A stretch of DNA of 64,000 nt, taken from assembly GCF_009914755.1 (NCBI RefSeq), contig NC_060937.1; one strand, given 5' to 3'. Each line of letters starts with the position of its first letter. Positions within the stretch are counted from its first letter, which is position 1. The notes under the pieces were generated by a model. The model did no database searches. It had not been told where the DNA came from and was given only the letters and a program-made list of their open reading frames with translations. The position numbers and the translations under genes were made by a program. The stretch comes from the human T2T-CHM13v2.0 reference genome, Homo sapiens. Positions 12,971 to 27,494 of this stretch are shown in pieces.

Positions 12971-14420
12971 TTTAACTATTTTCACAAGCAGGATGCTTAC
13001 ATGCTACTTTGCTCATGCGACGTGGTATGGTCTGAAAAGGTAATCTTCATGTGATTACTCTATACTTTTTTTTTGCTATTATTAACAGATATGAGGCAGC
13101 AGGTACAGTGAAAAGTCTGCTCTTTGGAGACATGTGAATACTGGCTTCATTCACCACTTACCGGATATTGATTTTATGCAAGCATATGTTTGCTTGTCAA
13201 CTTATAATTTGTATGAAAAGCTGTTTATGAACATGACTACTCTAGATGCAAGTTAAGGCCCTAGAAGAGCTTAGCAGGACACAACAAATACATATTCAAC
13301 CGTCATGCAATGGACATGTCCATGAGCATGAAGTCTAGAGCAAACAAGAATAAAAGTAGAGAAGAGAGCTTGCACTGTCAGAAACAACTAAATTTTATTT
13401 AACATTAATGTTTTCTTATTTAATTCATGCTGCTTTCATTTCTTTGGCTGTTTTCTTGTGGTGGTGGTTGTTTTTCATTGTAACTGTTTTTTATTTGTTC
13501 TTTTATGGAAATTAAAGAAAAGAGCTGACAACCATATCTGTGTTATTTGAGTTCATTATTATCTGGAATCTGTAGAGAAATCAAAAGATGATAGAGTGAG
13601 CATTTCACTAACTAATGCATCAGAAACAGCAGCTCATAGCCAGATTTAAATTTGCAAACCTTATACCTGCCTCTCACTTATTGAACATGGCATAAGGTTA
13701 CAGGAAATTTTATTTGAAGCTCAAAAGGAAATATACCTCTGCTGATATGTGAGTTGCTGAAGTGTCCAAACCAATTGTGGAATACAGTTTCTTGATGAGT
13801 AAAATAGGTGTAACGAGAGCTATCTTACCAGTTTTTCTATAAAAAGTAAATGCCATGAGCGTTCAAATTTGCTGCATTTTGTTCTTCATTAGCTGTCCAG
13901 GAATCATCCCAAAAGTACAAACAAATGTTTGTTCTGGGGATTAAATCAAACAGCACCAAGTGCAATACAAAGTACATAAAATAAATAGACAATGTTAGTT
14001 AATTATTTTATCTTATATTTTAATAGCTTATGAGTAAATAGCATTAATATACCCTAAAATAGACTACATATGTTTTGTATGTGAATACCTATAACACATG
14101 TGCACTACGCTTGGTGCTGTAAATACAAAGTGAAGACCTTCTAAATAAATCAAGGATGCCTTTGTTTTTGTATTATATGAGGTCCTTGATTTGCTCAGGG
14201 AATAATTTCCACCATCTCTCTTATCTCTGATTATGGATACCTTGTTAATACGTTAATTGATTTTTAATACTTCAGAAATACAAATGAAACACAACCATTA
14301 CGAAAGTAAAGCAATATATGAAACAAAAAAAATAACAGCAAAATACAACACAAAACTTCACAATCCAAAGTTATCCATTATTAACTTTAGGTAAGCATTT
14401 TCTCAGGTGATTGGAGAGAG

Positions 14421-14711
14421 TTATTATATATTATATATTATATTATATATTTTATATATAATATATAAATAAAATATATATATTATTTATATTTTATATT
14501 ATATAATATATATTATATATAAAATAAAATATAATATATATTATATATATTATATTTTATATTATATATAATATATATTATATAATATAAAATATATATA
14601 TTATATTTTATATTATATAATATATATTATATATAATATATATTATATATAATATATTATATGTATTATATATAATATATATTATATATATGTGTTATAT
14701 ATATATATATA
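14421..14711. repeat. AT-rich low-complexity, quasi-palindromic tract
   Basis: About 290 bp almost purely A/T, built from TATAT/ATATAA units. Confidence 0.95.
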
Positions 14712-15969
14712 GGTAGCTTTCCTTGTGAAAGAAATGTTTGTCCATATATAATTGGGCTATTTCTGTTTTAACTGTAGCTTTTTAAGAGGCATGTATATAT
14801 TCTCAGTATAATTCCTTTGTCTATTACACATGTAATAAATATTTTATCCGAGTCTGTGTATGTTGATGGCGAGTATCTTTTTGTGTTTTCTGGAAACATT
14901 TGAAGAGCAGAAGTTTTTACTTTCATATAGTATGCTTTGTGATAATTTTGTTCTATGGCTTGTGCTTTTGTGTTATTAATCTAAGGAATATTTACTTATC
15001 TGAAGTTGAGAAATATTGTATCTCATTCATATCTTCTTTTAGAAGTTTCTATTTATAGATTTGATAGTTATGTCTATGGTTAATTTTAGGTTACTTTTTG
15101 AGCATGGTATGATATCAGATTTGATGTTCTTTTATTCCTCTATGGAGATTCTGTTAACACCATTTGCTACACAGACTTTTCTTTCTCCGTTGAAGTGGTT
15201 TTATAGCTGTATGTGGATTTACTTCTGGACAATTTATTTTGTCCAATTTTTCTATATGTCTACCTTTCATTGTTAATAAACTGTATTGATTAATGTAGCT
15301 CCATAGGAAATAGTGAACTCATATAAGAAAAATTATCTAAATTTGTTATTTTATAATATCTGTCATTTTCTAGCTTCTTTATATTTGCCTTTAAATTTAG
15401 AATTTTCTTGTAAGGTATACAAATCAGCCTCTCAACATTTGTATTAGAATTCTGTTTTATCTGTATATCAATTTGAGAAAGATTGCCATCTAAAGAGTGT
15501 TGAGTCTCCTGATTTGTTAACAAGGCATCTTGCTGCATTTATTTAGAACTTTACTATCAATAATGTGCTATAGTTTTTGCTGTAGAATTGCAGACATCTT
15601 CTACTATTCATAGATATTTAAAGTTCTTTCACACCACTCTACTTGTAATTATTTATAATTACTGAATATTTTCAAAATTTTTATAAAGTATATAAAAATA
15701 TTATTTGTTTGATACTAACCTTTTTTCTGCTTTCTCACTAAATTCCTTTATTATTTCTTGTTATCATTAAATCTTTTGGATATTCTAAATAAAAAATTAT
15801 GCAAAGTACAAATATGGACAGTTTCACTAGTTCCTTTCCCATGTTTATGACTTTTACTATTTTTTTTGTAGTTGTTGTCTTATTGTAATAGCTAGAACCT
15901 CTAGTACATCAATGCAAAGAAATGGTAAAGATGAGCATGTTTGCCTTATTTAAAATCTCAGGAGGAAAC

Positions 15970-16514
15970 TGTTTTGAGGCGATGACTTTTCCCTAACCTT
16001 AATTTCTTTCCCTGGGGGGCCCATGAATTAAACTGCAAAAAAGCAAATTAACAGGAGAGAGAGAGAAAAAAATATTTGTAGGAACAAAAGGAAAAAAAAA
16101 GCTAGCAAAAGAATAGGCAGAGTTCATTAAATGGTTAAAGTTAGAGGCTTATATACCTACCCCAGTAGAGAAAAGACAGGTAGAGAAAAGGGGCTATTAT
16201 GTGAAGAACAAACAGGTTTCTTTATGCAGAAAACTTTTTGTTGTTTTTTGTTTGCTTTTAAGGAGGACAAATAGAAGATAAGAAAGCTCCTGGTAACGTT
16301 TGCTTATTCAGGTACTCAAGGGCTTTAGGTCAGCTTTTTGGCCATGAAACTCCTCTGGAGAAGGGGTTTATGGTAGTCTCATTTCCTAGAAGTTCCTGCT
16401 ATTAGTCAGATAAAGGAAGCTCAGAGAAGTCCTCTCTGAATTCACAGAATCTCAAATGTCTTCAGCTTAAAATAATCTGCATATCAACACTAGAACTCTG
16501 AGATGGTCCTCACA
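15970..16514 (-). mobile_element. Solo LTR, MER34-like (ERV1)
   Basis: TG...CA termini with 4-bp TSD AAAC; TGTCTTCAGCTTAAAATAATC motif. Confidence 0.65.
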
Positions 16515-16845
16515 AAACCATTCAATCTTTCACTGTTAAATATGATACTGACTGTAAATTTTTTATAGACACCTTTTATAAATTTGAGGAAGATTTCTAT
16601 TATTCCTATTTGTGGACCTTTTTCTTAAAAATATGAAAAGCTTTTAAATTTTTGGAATGAATTTTTTGTATATATTAAAATGGTCTATGGTATTCCTATT
16701 ATATTTACTTTATAAAGTGAATTATATTTTTTTGAACGCCAAACACTTTGCATTCCCAGGGTAAACTCTTTTTGGTCATAATATCTTATTCATTTTATGT
16801 ATTGTCAGAATTAATTTGATAATGTCTTATAAAGAATAATGTTTA

Positions 16846-18183
16846 AAATGGATTAAGACTAAATTTAAGACTTCTAAGAATAAAACTGCTAAAGTAGAAC
16901 ATTGGGAAAAGTCTCCAGGACATTGGTCTTGGCAAAAGTTTATTGAGTAATACCCCAAAAGCACAGGCAATCACAGCAAAAATGGACAAGTGGAATTACA
17001 TCAAGTTAAAAAGCTTCTGCACAGCAAAAGGAAACAATCAACAAAGTGAAGGAACAACCCACAGAAGGGGAACAAATATTTGCAAACTACCTGTCTGATA
17101 AGAGATTAATAACCAGAATGTATAAGGAGCTCAAACAACTCTATAGGAAAAAAATCTAATAATCAGACTAAAAATGGGCTAAAGATCTGAATAGACATTT
17201 CTCAAAACAAGACATACAAATAGCAAATAATTATATTAAAAAGTACTCCACATCATTGATCATCAAGGCAATGCAAATCAAAACTATTAGATAGCATCTC
17301 GCCCCAGTTAAAATGGCTTTTATCCAAAACACAGCAATCACAAATGCTGGTGAGGATGTGGAGAAAGGGAACCCTCCTACACTATACTTGGAATGTAAAT
17401 TAGTACAGCCACTGTGGATAACAGTATGGAGGTTCTTCACAAACTAAAAGTAGAGTTACCATATGATCCAGCAATCCTACTGTAAGGTATATACCCAAAA
17501 TAAAGGAAATCAGTATAACACAGAGCTGTCTCCACTCCCACGTTTATCGAAGCACTATTCACAATAGCCAAGATGTGGAAGCAACTTAAGTGTCCACCAA
17601 CAGGTGAACAAATTTTTTTAAATGTGGTACATATACACAATGGAGTAATATTTGGCCATAAAACGAATGAGATCCTGTCATTTGCAACAACATAGATGAA
17701 GCTGGTGGGCATTATGTTAAATGAAATAAGCCAGGCATAGAAAGATAAACTTCACATGTTCTCACTCATTTGTGGAAGCTAAAATATTAAAACAACTGGA
17801 CTTATGGAGATAGAGAGTAGAATGATGGTTACCAGAGCTTGGGAAGGGTGGTAGGGCTGGTGGGTGGGGAAAAGTGGGGATGGTTAATGGGTACTAAAAC
17901 ATAGTTAGCTAGAATGAGTAAGACCTAGTATCTGAGAACACAACAGGGTGACTGCAGTTAACAGTAATTTATTGTATATTTAAAAATAAAAGAGAATAAT
18001 TTGAATATTTGTGACACAAAGAAAGGATAAATGCCTGAGGTTATGGATACCCCATGCATCTTGATGTAGTTATTACACACTGTATGCCTATATAAAAGTA
18101 TCTCATGTATCTCATAAATAAGTAGACCTCCTATCCTACTATGTACCCATAAAAATTAATTTAAAAAATGAAAAAATAAAAAA
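16846..18183 (+). mobile_element. 5'-truncated L1 (L1MA1-3-like): ORF2 C-terminus plus 3' UTR
   Basis: Sense ORF2 end, L1MA-type 3' UTR, A-rich tail; candidate TSD core AATGTTTA on both sides. Confidence 0.85.
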
Positions 18184-18248
18184 TGTTTATATTAATGAGG
18201 GGTATTAATGTTTATCTTTTTTATTATTGTGTACAAGTTCTATGATCT

Positions 18249-18818
18249 TGTTGCAGCTTTTTCACTCCCATAGTTTGGCGGTAGGAGGGTCACAGCTCTT
18301 TTACTCCTACAGTTCAGCAGATTCCAGGTCCTTATCTCACGACCAATAGGAATAAGATACACAGACACCAGAGAGGGGATAAGGTGGAGTAGAATTTATT
18401 GAGCAAAAGAAAAGCTCTTGACAGAAAGAGGGGACCCAAAAGTGGGTAGCCGGCTGTGAGGCTGAGTCTGGGGTTTTTATGTGCTTAGAATGGGGAAATG
18501 TGTGATTGGTCTATGGGTAGGCTTGGAAAAGGAACCCTTCGATTGGCTTGTGGAAAAAACCAATTGGGAGAAAGTATGCATATGCAATATAGTCTTGGAA
18601 AAGGCACCATTCCATTAGTTACAAGGCATCATTCAGAAAGAACCAATAGAGAGACAGTGGGCAAAATGGGAATGGAAATACCCACTGAAGTCTGTGGATT
18701 CTATCCGGAGCTGGTAACTCGTTTTTCAGGCTTTAGATTGTCCTTGGCTTAAAGGTCAAGTTTCACCAGGGACCCATCCCTATCTGTCTAGGAATTTGTC
18801 TCTCTCCTGTCACTATCA
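18249..18818 (-). mobile_element. Solo LTR, MER61-like (ERV1)
   Basis: TG...CA termini, TSD ATCT; the minus-strand start TGATAGTGACAGGAGAGAGACAAATTCCTAG resembles the start of the LTR at 45753. Confidence 0.75.
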
Positions 18819-19616
18819 ATCTCATAGAATAGTTTAGGTGGATGTGATTTCTATTATTCCAATATCTGAAAAAGTTTGTATAACTTTGATGGTATAACTT
18901 TTTTAATGTTTGATAGATTTCCTTATTAAATTCGTGTTTGCTTGAAAGTTACTTCATGAAATGATTTTTTAACACATTCTATTTGATGATAGATATAAAG
19001 CTTTCAGTATTTTTCCCTTTCTTGTCAATTTTTTGTTCTGGTCATTAAGACTATTATCACAGAATGCCATTTGTCATACTGTCTTATTATCCTATAAATG
19101 GCAATAGGGTCTGTGTTATTCAATTCTTGATGTGATGTTTTGTGTTCTCTCTCTCTTTTTTCCCCCCAGGATCAGTCTAGCTGTAGAAAATCTGCCTATG
19201 TTTTTGATCGTGTCATCCTTTTGTTTTATTACTGTTGAATATTATCTGCCTGGTATTTGTTTTGTTTTTAATATCTTGCTGATTTCATTCTTTCTATTTT
19301 TTTTTTTGACTATGGTTTACTTCTTCCAGTTCTTTAAGGTGTAACATTGTGTTATGTCAGAAAAGTCTCAAAATACAACAAAATAAAAAAAATCCAAGAC
19401 ATTCACCACCCTGTAGGTCATCTCTGTTAGTTTTGCCTAATTTCCACAATCTGCCAAATTTTTTTTGGTTGTTTTTTTTGTTACTGTTTAGTTGGTTGTA
19501 ACTATGGTTAGTTTTTACAGTTTGGGGTTCAAGAGTAATGTGCTATTTAGTTTTACATAACTGGGGGCACCAAACTGCCGAATAAAAGTATATAGACATT
19601 ATTAAATGTAACTTCA

Positions 19617-19903
19617 GGTCAGTTGTGGTGGCTAAGCCTATAATCCAAGAACTTGGGGAGGCTGAGTGGCAGGATCACTTGAGCCCAGGAGTTCAAAACC
19701 AGCTTGGGCAACACAGGGAGATTTCATCTCTACAGAAAATTTAAAAATTAGCTGTGATGTATGCTGCTCAGGAAGCTGAGGTGAGAGGATTGCTTGAACC
19801 TGGAAGGTCAAGGCTGCAGTGAGCTGTGATTGTGCTGTTGCACTCCAGCCTGGGTGACAGAGGGAGACCCTGTCTCAAAAAAAAAAAAAGAAAAAAGAAA
19901 AAG
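19617..19903 (+). mobile_element. AluJ-like element
   Basis: Diverged dimer with a small internal deletion; TSD core AACTTCA. Confidence 0.9.
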
Positions 19904-21292
19904 AAGCAACTTCAATTTGACAGAAGAGGAAATGAATAGAAAAAAAATGTTTAAATGAGTTAGTTTTTTAGTACAAAGAAAACAAATTTTTAAGAGACTT
20001 AAAAATTATAAAATTATAAAATAACTATAAAGTTAAGACAATTGAATAATTATATTTAGACTTTGTTACTTTTCTTTTGTATAAGATGATATTAAGACAT
20101 CTATATAAGTATATATCATTTCTAATGACTCCATATACAAACTCTTGTACTATCCATTTATTTTGATATATCTTTCAAAAGACTAATTTAAATGATCTAA
20201 AAAATTATATTAAGATGAATGTGGAACAACCTCTACTGACTGTTCAAGGATATTGTGCATATTACTGTGGAAATTCATTTCTTATTTTCCTGTCTGGAAT
20301 CTACTGCCCTGAATTGCATGTATTCCTACATTTTTCTTTTCTTCCTTTGTGGATTTTTTTCTGTACACACCCCACCCCCGACACACACACACGATCCTCA
20401 TAGAATATCCTCAGGTGGTGAATGTGGACATATTTGAAAATAATATGGCAACAAACTTGATTAAGTGTTGATGGCCTGAATGTAGGATACAATATTAAAT
20501 GAAATTATTTTTGCCTTATAAATTTGAAGTGAACTTATTACATTATCTCATGTTGCTCAAGAGCCATTTGAGAACATGATATTCCTTCCTCTTTTACCTT
20601 TTTGTTATGTTTAGAAAACTTTAAAATTTTTTCTTTATCCCTAGTGCTCTGTACTTTCAGGATAATTTTTCTAGGGCTGAGTCTTTAGTGTTTTAATTTT
20701 GAGTGTAGTGAGCTCTATCAGTATGTAAACACGTGCCCTTAATATATAGACATTTCTTTCTCCTATGTATTCTATCCCCCCATTTTACATTTCTTTTTAA
20801 TTTTTTAATTTATGGTTTCATTTGCCTTTGCTATTTACAAGTTCTCTCTCCTTATGTCAGGCTTATTAATTAAATGCTATCTTCGTTGCAGTTATTTCTA
20901 CATGTTACTTTGTCATATCAAGTAGAGACTTTTTTCATGGGTGTACTCTTTGTTGAATCTCTTTGGAACATCAGTAGAGCTTTGTTATATGCACAAATAC
21001 ACATAATTGTCTCTCTGCACTTTTAAGCATATTCCTAGGATTTTATTTCTTTCCTTTAGAATCAATATTTATATTACTGTATTGTGATATCTATTATATC
21101 ATGAATTTAGATACTGTTGGTTTAAAATTGATTTTAAGAGTTATAACAACAACAGAAACAAAATGGTGCCTCAGTGCTCTGTGCCTTTACTCTGGAAAAT
21201 ACCTAAATACAAGCCCGTTGGAACATTTGATCATGATCATTTCTTTAGTGAATCAAACTTTTATTCCTATGTTCCTATCTGCAGAGATTTCT

Positions 21293-21588
21293 CTCTTTTT
21301 TTTTGAGACGGAGTCTCGCACTGTCGCCCAGGCTGGAGTGCAGTGGTGCGATCTCGGCTCACTGCAAGCTCCGCCTCCCGGGTTAAAACCATTCTCCTGC
21401 CTCAGCCTTCTGAAGTAGCTGGGACCACAGGGGCCCGCCACCACGCCCGGCTAATTGTTTTGGTATTTTTAGTAGAGACGGGGTTTCACTGTGTTAGCCA
21501 GGATAGTCTCGATTTCCTGACCTCATAATCCGCGCACCTCGGCCTCCCAATATGCTGGGATTACAGGCGTGAGCCACCGCGCCCAGCC
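21293..21588 (-). mobile_element. AluY-like element
   Basis: CpG-rich dimer; perfect 18-bp TSD CTATCTGCAGAGATTTCT at 21275-21292 and 21589-21606. Confidence 0.96.
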
Positions 21589-22679
21589 CTATCTGCAGAG
21601 ATTTCTATATGGAGAAAGGGGTTGGGAATATAGCTAAATCCTGTCTAGATATATTTTAACTCATGAGTATCTTTCAGTCCCACATCTAATGCTTACCCTC
21701 TGCCCATCTACAAACTCAGTGATACGAGCCTCTCCAATATGCTGAAACAACAACTCCTTTTTCGTCATATCTTTCTCCATGAATGCACTATTTTGCAGCT
21801 TTCTCCTACCTTCATTCAGCAGTTACCATTTTCCCAACTTCTGTCTTTCTCCCACCACCCCCCAAAAAGATGGATGCACTTTTGGAAAATTTATATTATC
21901 TTGGTTGTGGATATATTCATGTAAAACATCACCTTAAGTTTATCGCATTGTAGGTTTGTGGACTAATTTAGGTGAAACTAGATTGCTACAATTAAACTAA
22001 AAGTCTTTGTTATTATAATTGTCCTTTATCACGTTTAAGTGATTTTCCCATAAACCACAGTTTATTAATAAACCTTTCTCTCAGTGTCACATTCAAGCAT
22101 ACTGAAAGACTATAAATGAAGTATAAATTATTCTCACTTAAAAATATGAGAAGCATTTGCAGCATGAATGCTTGAACACATTTGTGAGTGGAGGTAACAG
22201 ATGTTTATTTGAACTCTCTAAACTAAATTTATCATGATATCAATAAGGTAATTACATTTGAGCTGTGCAGTTTATTATAGGAACTGTATGCCTTTTATTT
22301 TACCTACATTATGCATTCTATATTTTATTTTTTAAATACAGACTCAAAACATTTTACAACTTACTGTTGAATATACACATAAGAAACCTGAGATTTCAGT
22401 TAGTAAAATGAATTATGATTTCCACTAGCATCAATTTTGTACAATTTCGAGAAGTGCAGGTATATAGATTTTTTCAGTGCACATGATAATTCAGATTAAA
22501 AATAGTTGGTTTTTTCTAAAAATAAATTTGGATGAAGTTTTATTACTTAAAAATTACTCTTCATTCAATGCCCATATTCTAGGTATTTCTTTGACATCTG
22601 CCTCATATTTTAACATTAAATGGCATATAGATGATGCTCCATAATATTTTAAATAAATAAATGTATTTACGAATCCCTC

Positions 22680-22800
22680 AACACTGTGTGATTTTCAGTT
22701 AAATTAGGAAACTAAACTTTAGAAAATGTAAACAACTTACTAAAGTCAGTGTAATTAGTAAGTGGTAGGAAAAAAATGCAAGCCCAGACTCTTTGTCTAT
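22680..22800 (-). mobile_element. MIR fragment
   Basis: AGGAAACTAAAC...TAAAGTCA...AGTAAGTGG...AAGCCCAGACT, a degraded MIR core. Confidence 0.45.
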
Positions 22801-22820
22801 TAGCTGACACTACCCCCCTC

Positions 22821-23269
22821 ATCTCAGGTTTCATTTTGTTTTGTCAAATGTTATCAATATATAAAACATTATAATTCATTCAGCATTTTTATCTATGATT
22901 TTGATTGAATTGCACTTCAGTACCTTTACACATAAATGAGAAAATCACCACATAATTACTCTAAATCTATCTTTTGAAAATGGAAGAGAATGTAAATTGC
23001 AAATTATTTAAAAAATAATCAGAGACTTCCACCAGGGTACATGTCTACCCTGTCACAAAAACTCATACTTAGTAAAACATTCTTCTACATGTCTAGAGTT
23101 AGATTATTTTTTATTCATTTAACAAAAATCTTATTTATAATAAGTATATTAAAATATATTTAACATCAAGAGAAGTCATAGAAATTATAAGTTTGTAGAT
23201 TATTAGCTTTTTCTCATTAGGGTGGGAGGGGTGGTTTTATTTAGCTGTATCTACAGAAGTCAAAATTCA
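22821..23269 (+). repeat. Inverted duplication, left arm (449 bp)
   Basis: Reverse complement of 27915-28357; hand alignment gives 10 substitutions and 4 indels. Confidence 0.97.
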
Positions 23270-24039
23270 GAATTGTTTTAAGGGTATAAAATCATAGGAC
23301 ATAAACATTTTTATACATAACTCCTTAGCTTGCTTTTTGTTGTTCTTCTCACTTAGATCAAATTTATCCCATTAAAGGTTTAGTAGACATTTTCAATCAT
23401 GAAGATGAAAGGAAAAGAGAACACTGGAGATAAATAGATCCAGCGTCTTTTATGATGGTGCACTGGATTGACTACTTTCATTTAGCTTGATGTTTAAGGA
23501 AATTCTTACTTTTTTATATCATCCTTAATAAACCATCCTGTAGCTTACAAAAAAAAAAGGTTAATTTAAAGAGATTAGATCCAATATTCCTCACATAATC
23601 CAAGCCATCATTTAAAAAATTTATAAAAAGATATCACAGTATATTTCAGGGCACAGATATTCTACCATAGTAATTCCTTGTAAGAAAGAAAGAATTGCTA
23701 GTTCAGTTTACGTGTGAATAAAAATTTAGCATTTAGAAAAACGGAATTAGAAGCGTGGAATAGGATCAGTGATGATCAAGAAAATGTATTTTTTCAAATA
23801 ATTCTGTAAATAATGTTCAGGACAATGCAGGGCACATCTGAATATAAGTGCTAAAATGATTGTTTTTCAATATTTCTTTGGCTACATTTATCTATTCACT
23901 CTTTCAAGAAAACTTTATATATATTTTTGTTAGAATTCAGTTAAGTTATTAATTTGCCAAATACTTTTACAAACAAAAATATTTGAACCAGCACTGAAAA
24001 TAAGAAACATAATATGAATTTTTGTATAGCTGGATAGCT

Positions 24040-24630
24040 GCCAGATATCCTTCAGTGGGTGAATGAATAAATAAATGGTGCTATATCTAGAAAATGGGGT
24101 ATACTCACCAACAAAAAGAAATGAAGTATACACACATTAAAAGACATGAAGGAAACTGAAATGCATGTTATTAAGTAAAATAAGCCAATATGAAAGGGCC
24201 ACAGACTGTGCACTTCCAACTATATGTCATCCTAGAAAGGCAAAACTGTGAACACAATAAAATAATTAGTGGTTTCCAGGGTTTACGGAGGTGGAAGGGA
24301 TGAATAGGCAGAGCACAGAGGATTTGGAGGCAGTAAAACTATTCTGTATGATACCATAATGGCGAATAGGTGTCCTTATTCATTTGTCCATACACATAGA
24401 ATGTTCAACAGCAAGATTGAACCCTGATATAAACTATGGACTTTGGGTGATAATTATGTGTCAGTGTAGATTCATAGGTTGTAACAAATGCATAACCTTA
24501 GTGCAGGATGTGAAGAGTGGAGGAGGCTGCTTGTACATGGGAATGGGAGTCACATAGGAATTGTGTACTACCCACTCAATTTGCTGTTAATATAAAACTG
24601 CTCTTAAATACAGGTCATTAATTTAAAAAA
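24040..24630 (+). mobile_element. L1MC1-like 3' end
   Basis: GAGCACAGAGGATTT...AACTATTCTGTATGATAC...AAACTATGGACTTTGGGTGATAAT motifs. Confidence 0.75.
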
Positions 24631-27494
24631 TTGACTTTTCCATGCAGCTATATTTAATTCTAGTAGTATTTAATGAACTGCATCAATATGATCAGACATA
24701 AGGCCAGCTCCACATAGGAAATTTCTTGTCAGGTTACTTTAGACACCAACTTTTCCCGAAAAGGTGTATGACTTTATGCTCAAGAATGCTTTCAGCTCTT
24801 CTGAGAAACAAGTAGAGCTTTCATTATTAACATGAATAAAAACATCCTCACTATGAAAGAAAAAATAAACCAATTATTTAAAGCATATTTAGTGAGATTT
24901 AGGACAATATTATAAGTATGCACGTTTTCCTTTCTTAAAAAATAAAATCATAAGAAAATGTGTTACCTGCTTTCTAATTATTGTATAAAAATATTATTTT
25001 AGATTTATGCCACTTGGTCTTTGTCATATGTTTTTAGATATATATATATAACATATTTATATATATAATATATATATTTGCAAATATACAGAAGTTATAG
25101 AGTATATCCAGGAGTAAATGTTCACATAACTAGCCTATCTTTCTTAAAAGTTGAGGTAATTGTTCTTGTCACTCCCTCATCAACCAACATTAAAGCTGTT
25201 CTCCCTTTTCCGCTTTTTCCACATTTGGCACATACCACTGAGCCTTTTATTGTTTTTGTTGGTTTTTTTTTTTTGTCTCTTTCAAATTAAGGATGTTTCT
25301 TTGGCTCCATTTGCCATAAACTTCATTTCCTGATAATGTTTAGGAGAAACAAAAGTTGCCAACTGAAAATCTACGTAAAACAAAATATCAATATTGTACT
25401 TCTAAGTGTGAATAAAGCATTTTGCTTCCTAATTCTAGTATTAATTCACTGAAATACCAGAAGAGTTAAATTCTGGTTTTTTAAATTATTATACTTTAGG
25501 TTTATTTTTGAATTTCTTTTCCATCAGTGACATAAACCACTAAGCTATAAAAATGAAATGAAAGACACTTAAAAAGGTAATAAGAAAAAATTCACCGATT
25601 TTTATTTCTTTGTGGTTGAGGTAATAGCTGGTTCACTCACTTCACATATGATGTGTATAAATCCCAGGAGACCACAGTTAATAGAAGCTCTGCATTAGAC
25701 CTGCCCTGCATGCTCAAAGTTGTTGAGTTATTCCTTGTGAATACAAATTTTAGTCAAAAGACAAAAATAAGTTTAGAGTGCTTTTTTTTTCTTTCTGAGT
25801 CTATCTCATGCATAGTGACTGAAATCCTATTTTTCATGTTTCATGGCAATATATAAATTATACACATTGATAAAGTATTAGATTACAATTTTATAACGAC
25901 AGTATCTAAAAACCAAAGTAAAACATTGAAAAATCATGACATTGTTATTGACATACATAAACTTATAACTAAAATTGTTTCCCTTTGAATGTATACTAGA
26001 AAGCAGAAACAATTATTTTTCTTATTATTTAAATACATTTCCTGATTTAATCTTCAAGATCTGGAAGCTCTTTCACATGCTGTGAGAATTACAAAAAGCT
26101 TCAATATCACATTTTACCAGTTCACATCATTAGCACTTATAGTTAAAATCATAGTAAAAAACAGAAAATGCTAACTGCAAAAGGTGTGTTGTGAAGAGTA
26201 TACATGAATGTAGTTAAAATAAGGAATACGGATTTAATTTTAAAATCATATCATGAGTTGAAACACAAATACACAGCTTTGAGCCCTGCTCCTGCTAAGA
26301 CCATTATATGTAAAGAGACAATACCTTTACAACCTCCGAAGAATTCCATTTGCACACCTACAAATTGAGGATTGAAATCCAATATTTCTTCTACATCTAA
26401 ATTCAAAAATGCAACCATGTTTTCTTTTATCTTATGGAACTAGAAACTTGCAGGTTGATACGTTGCTAAGAAGAAATACTTCACAAATCTTTGAGACTTA
26501 GATCTTGCAAAGTGTTAATTAATTAAATATTAAAATCTCATTAATTTTATTTATTCTTAACCATGAAAATTTCTAATAAGAATGTTACAAAATAAACTTT
26601 ACATTTTAAATATTAAGAGAGCTCCATTTGCAATATAACAAATTTTAATATCTTATTCATGACAACTAATATTTCTTGCCAATTTAATGAAAACTCATGA
26701 TGTGTTATTTCACTGTGGCAAAGAATGAGCTATAAGATAAACACTATTTCACCATGAAATGCCTACTAATTAAACATTTAACCAATTTTTTGTAAGCTAC
26801 ACAGCTTTTGATTTAAATAAATTATCAATATAAAATATGTCATCTATCAGTAAAAATAGTTAGAAAATGAGCAAAACACAGGTTATATGTCTAGAGGCAT
26901 AATTCTAAAATATCTTACTGAAATCTAAACAAAAGGGAAAACATTATATGGAGTCTTGATTCTTCTATTTATTTTTCTAGCTGGAGTGCATATCTGGAAA
27001 GGACTTGTCGTATGAATGTTAATTGTTATTTACTTTGTATTGTTTGATAGGTTTATGAAACATGCATATCACAACTTTTTTTCTATGTTTTTAAATAATT
27101 AGAAAGATATATAGATGGATATGTGTTTCGTTATTATTTTTACTTAATTTTACAAATCAGGTATACGTAATAGAAAATATTTAATTTTTAAAATGCACTA
27201 CGTGGGCCACAGGTCAATTTGCCATTACAATTGAATCATCAAATACTGTGGCCTAAATATGGGCTAATTTTTCTCTGAAGTAAAAGCCTGGAATGAGAGA
27301 TTTAGCACTGAGGGAATGATGTTGGCATTGCCATCGTCAAAACCAGGCTTCCAAGTTTGCTCCAATTATCACCATTTCTTAGACAGTATGATAGGAAAAT
27401 ATAAAGTCAAGAGCAAGTGGCTTCATCTGTTAGAAGACCCAGAAATAAGCCACATCATTGTGGTATGTGATAAGTGCCATTTGCATTTTATTTC

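Larger units (their letters stand above)
14712..19345 (-). mobile_element. Old, fragmented L1M element hosting three later insertions
   Basis: Degraded antisense ORF2 text (e.g. TTTGAAGAGCAGAAGTTTTT, GCTAGAACCTCTAGTACA) that resumes after each insertion. Confidence 0.65.

Noticed and set aside
13300-13332. Perfect p53-type half-site GGACATGTCC among clustered CATG cores
   Set aside because: Neighbouring half-sites match poorly; a lone decamer is expected by chance in 64 kb
19617-21588. Inverted Alu pairs (also 44330-46307 and 40807-41220) as dsRNA substrates
   Set aside because: Different subfamilies or short fragments, common genome-wide, and no evidence of transcription here
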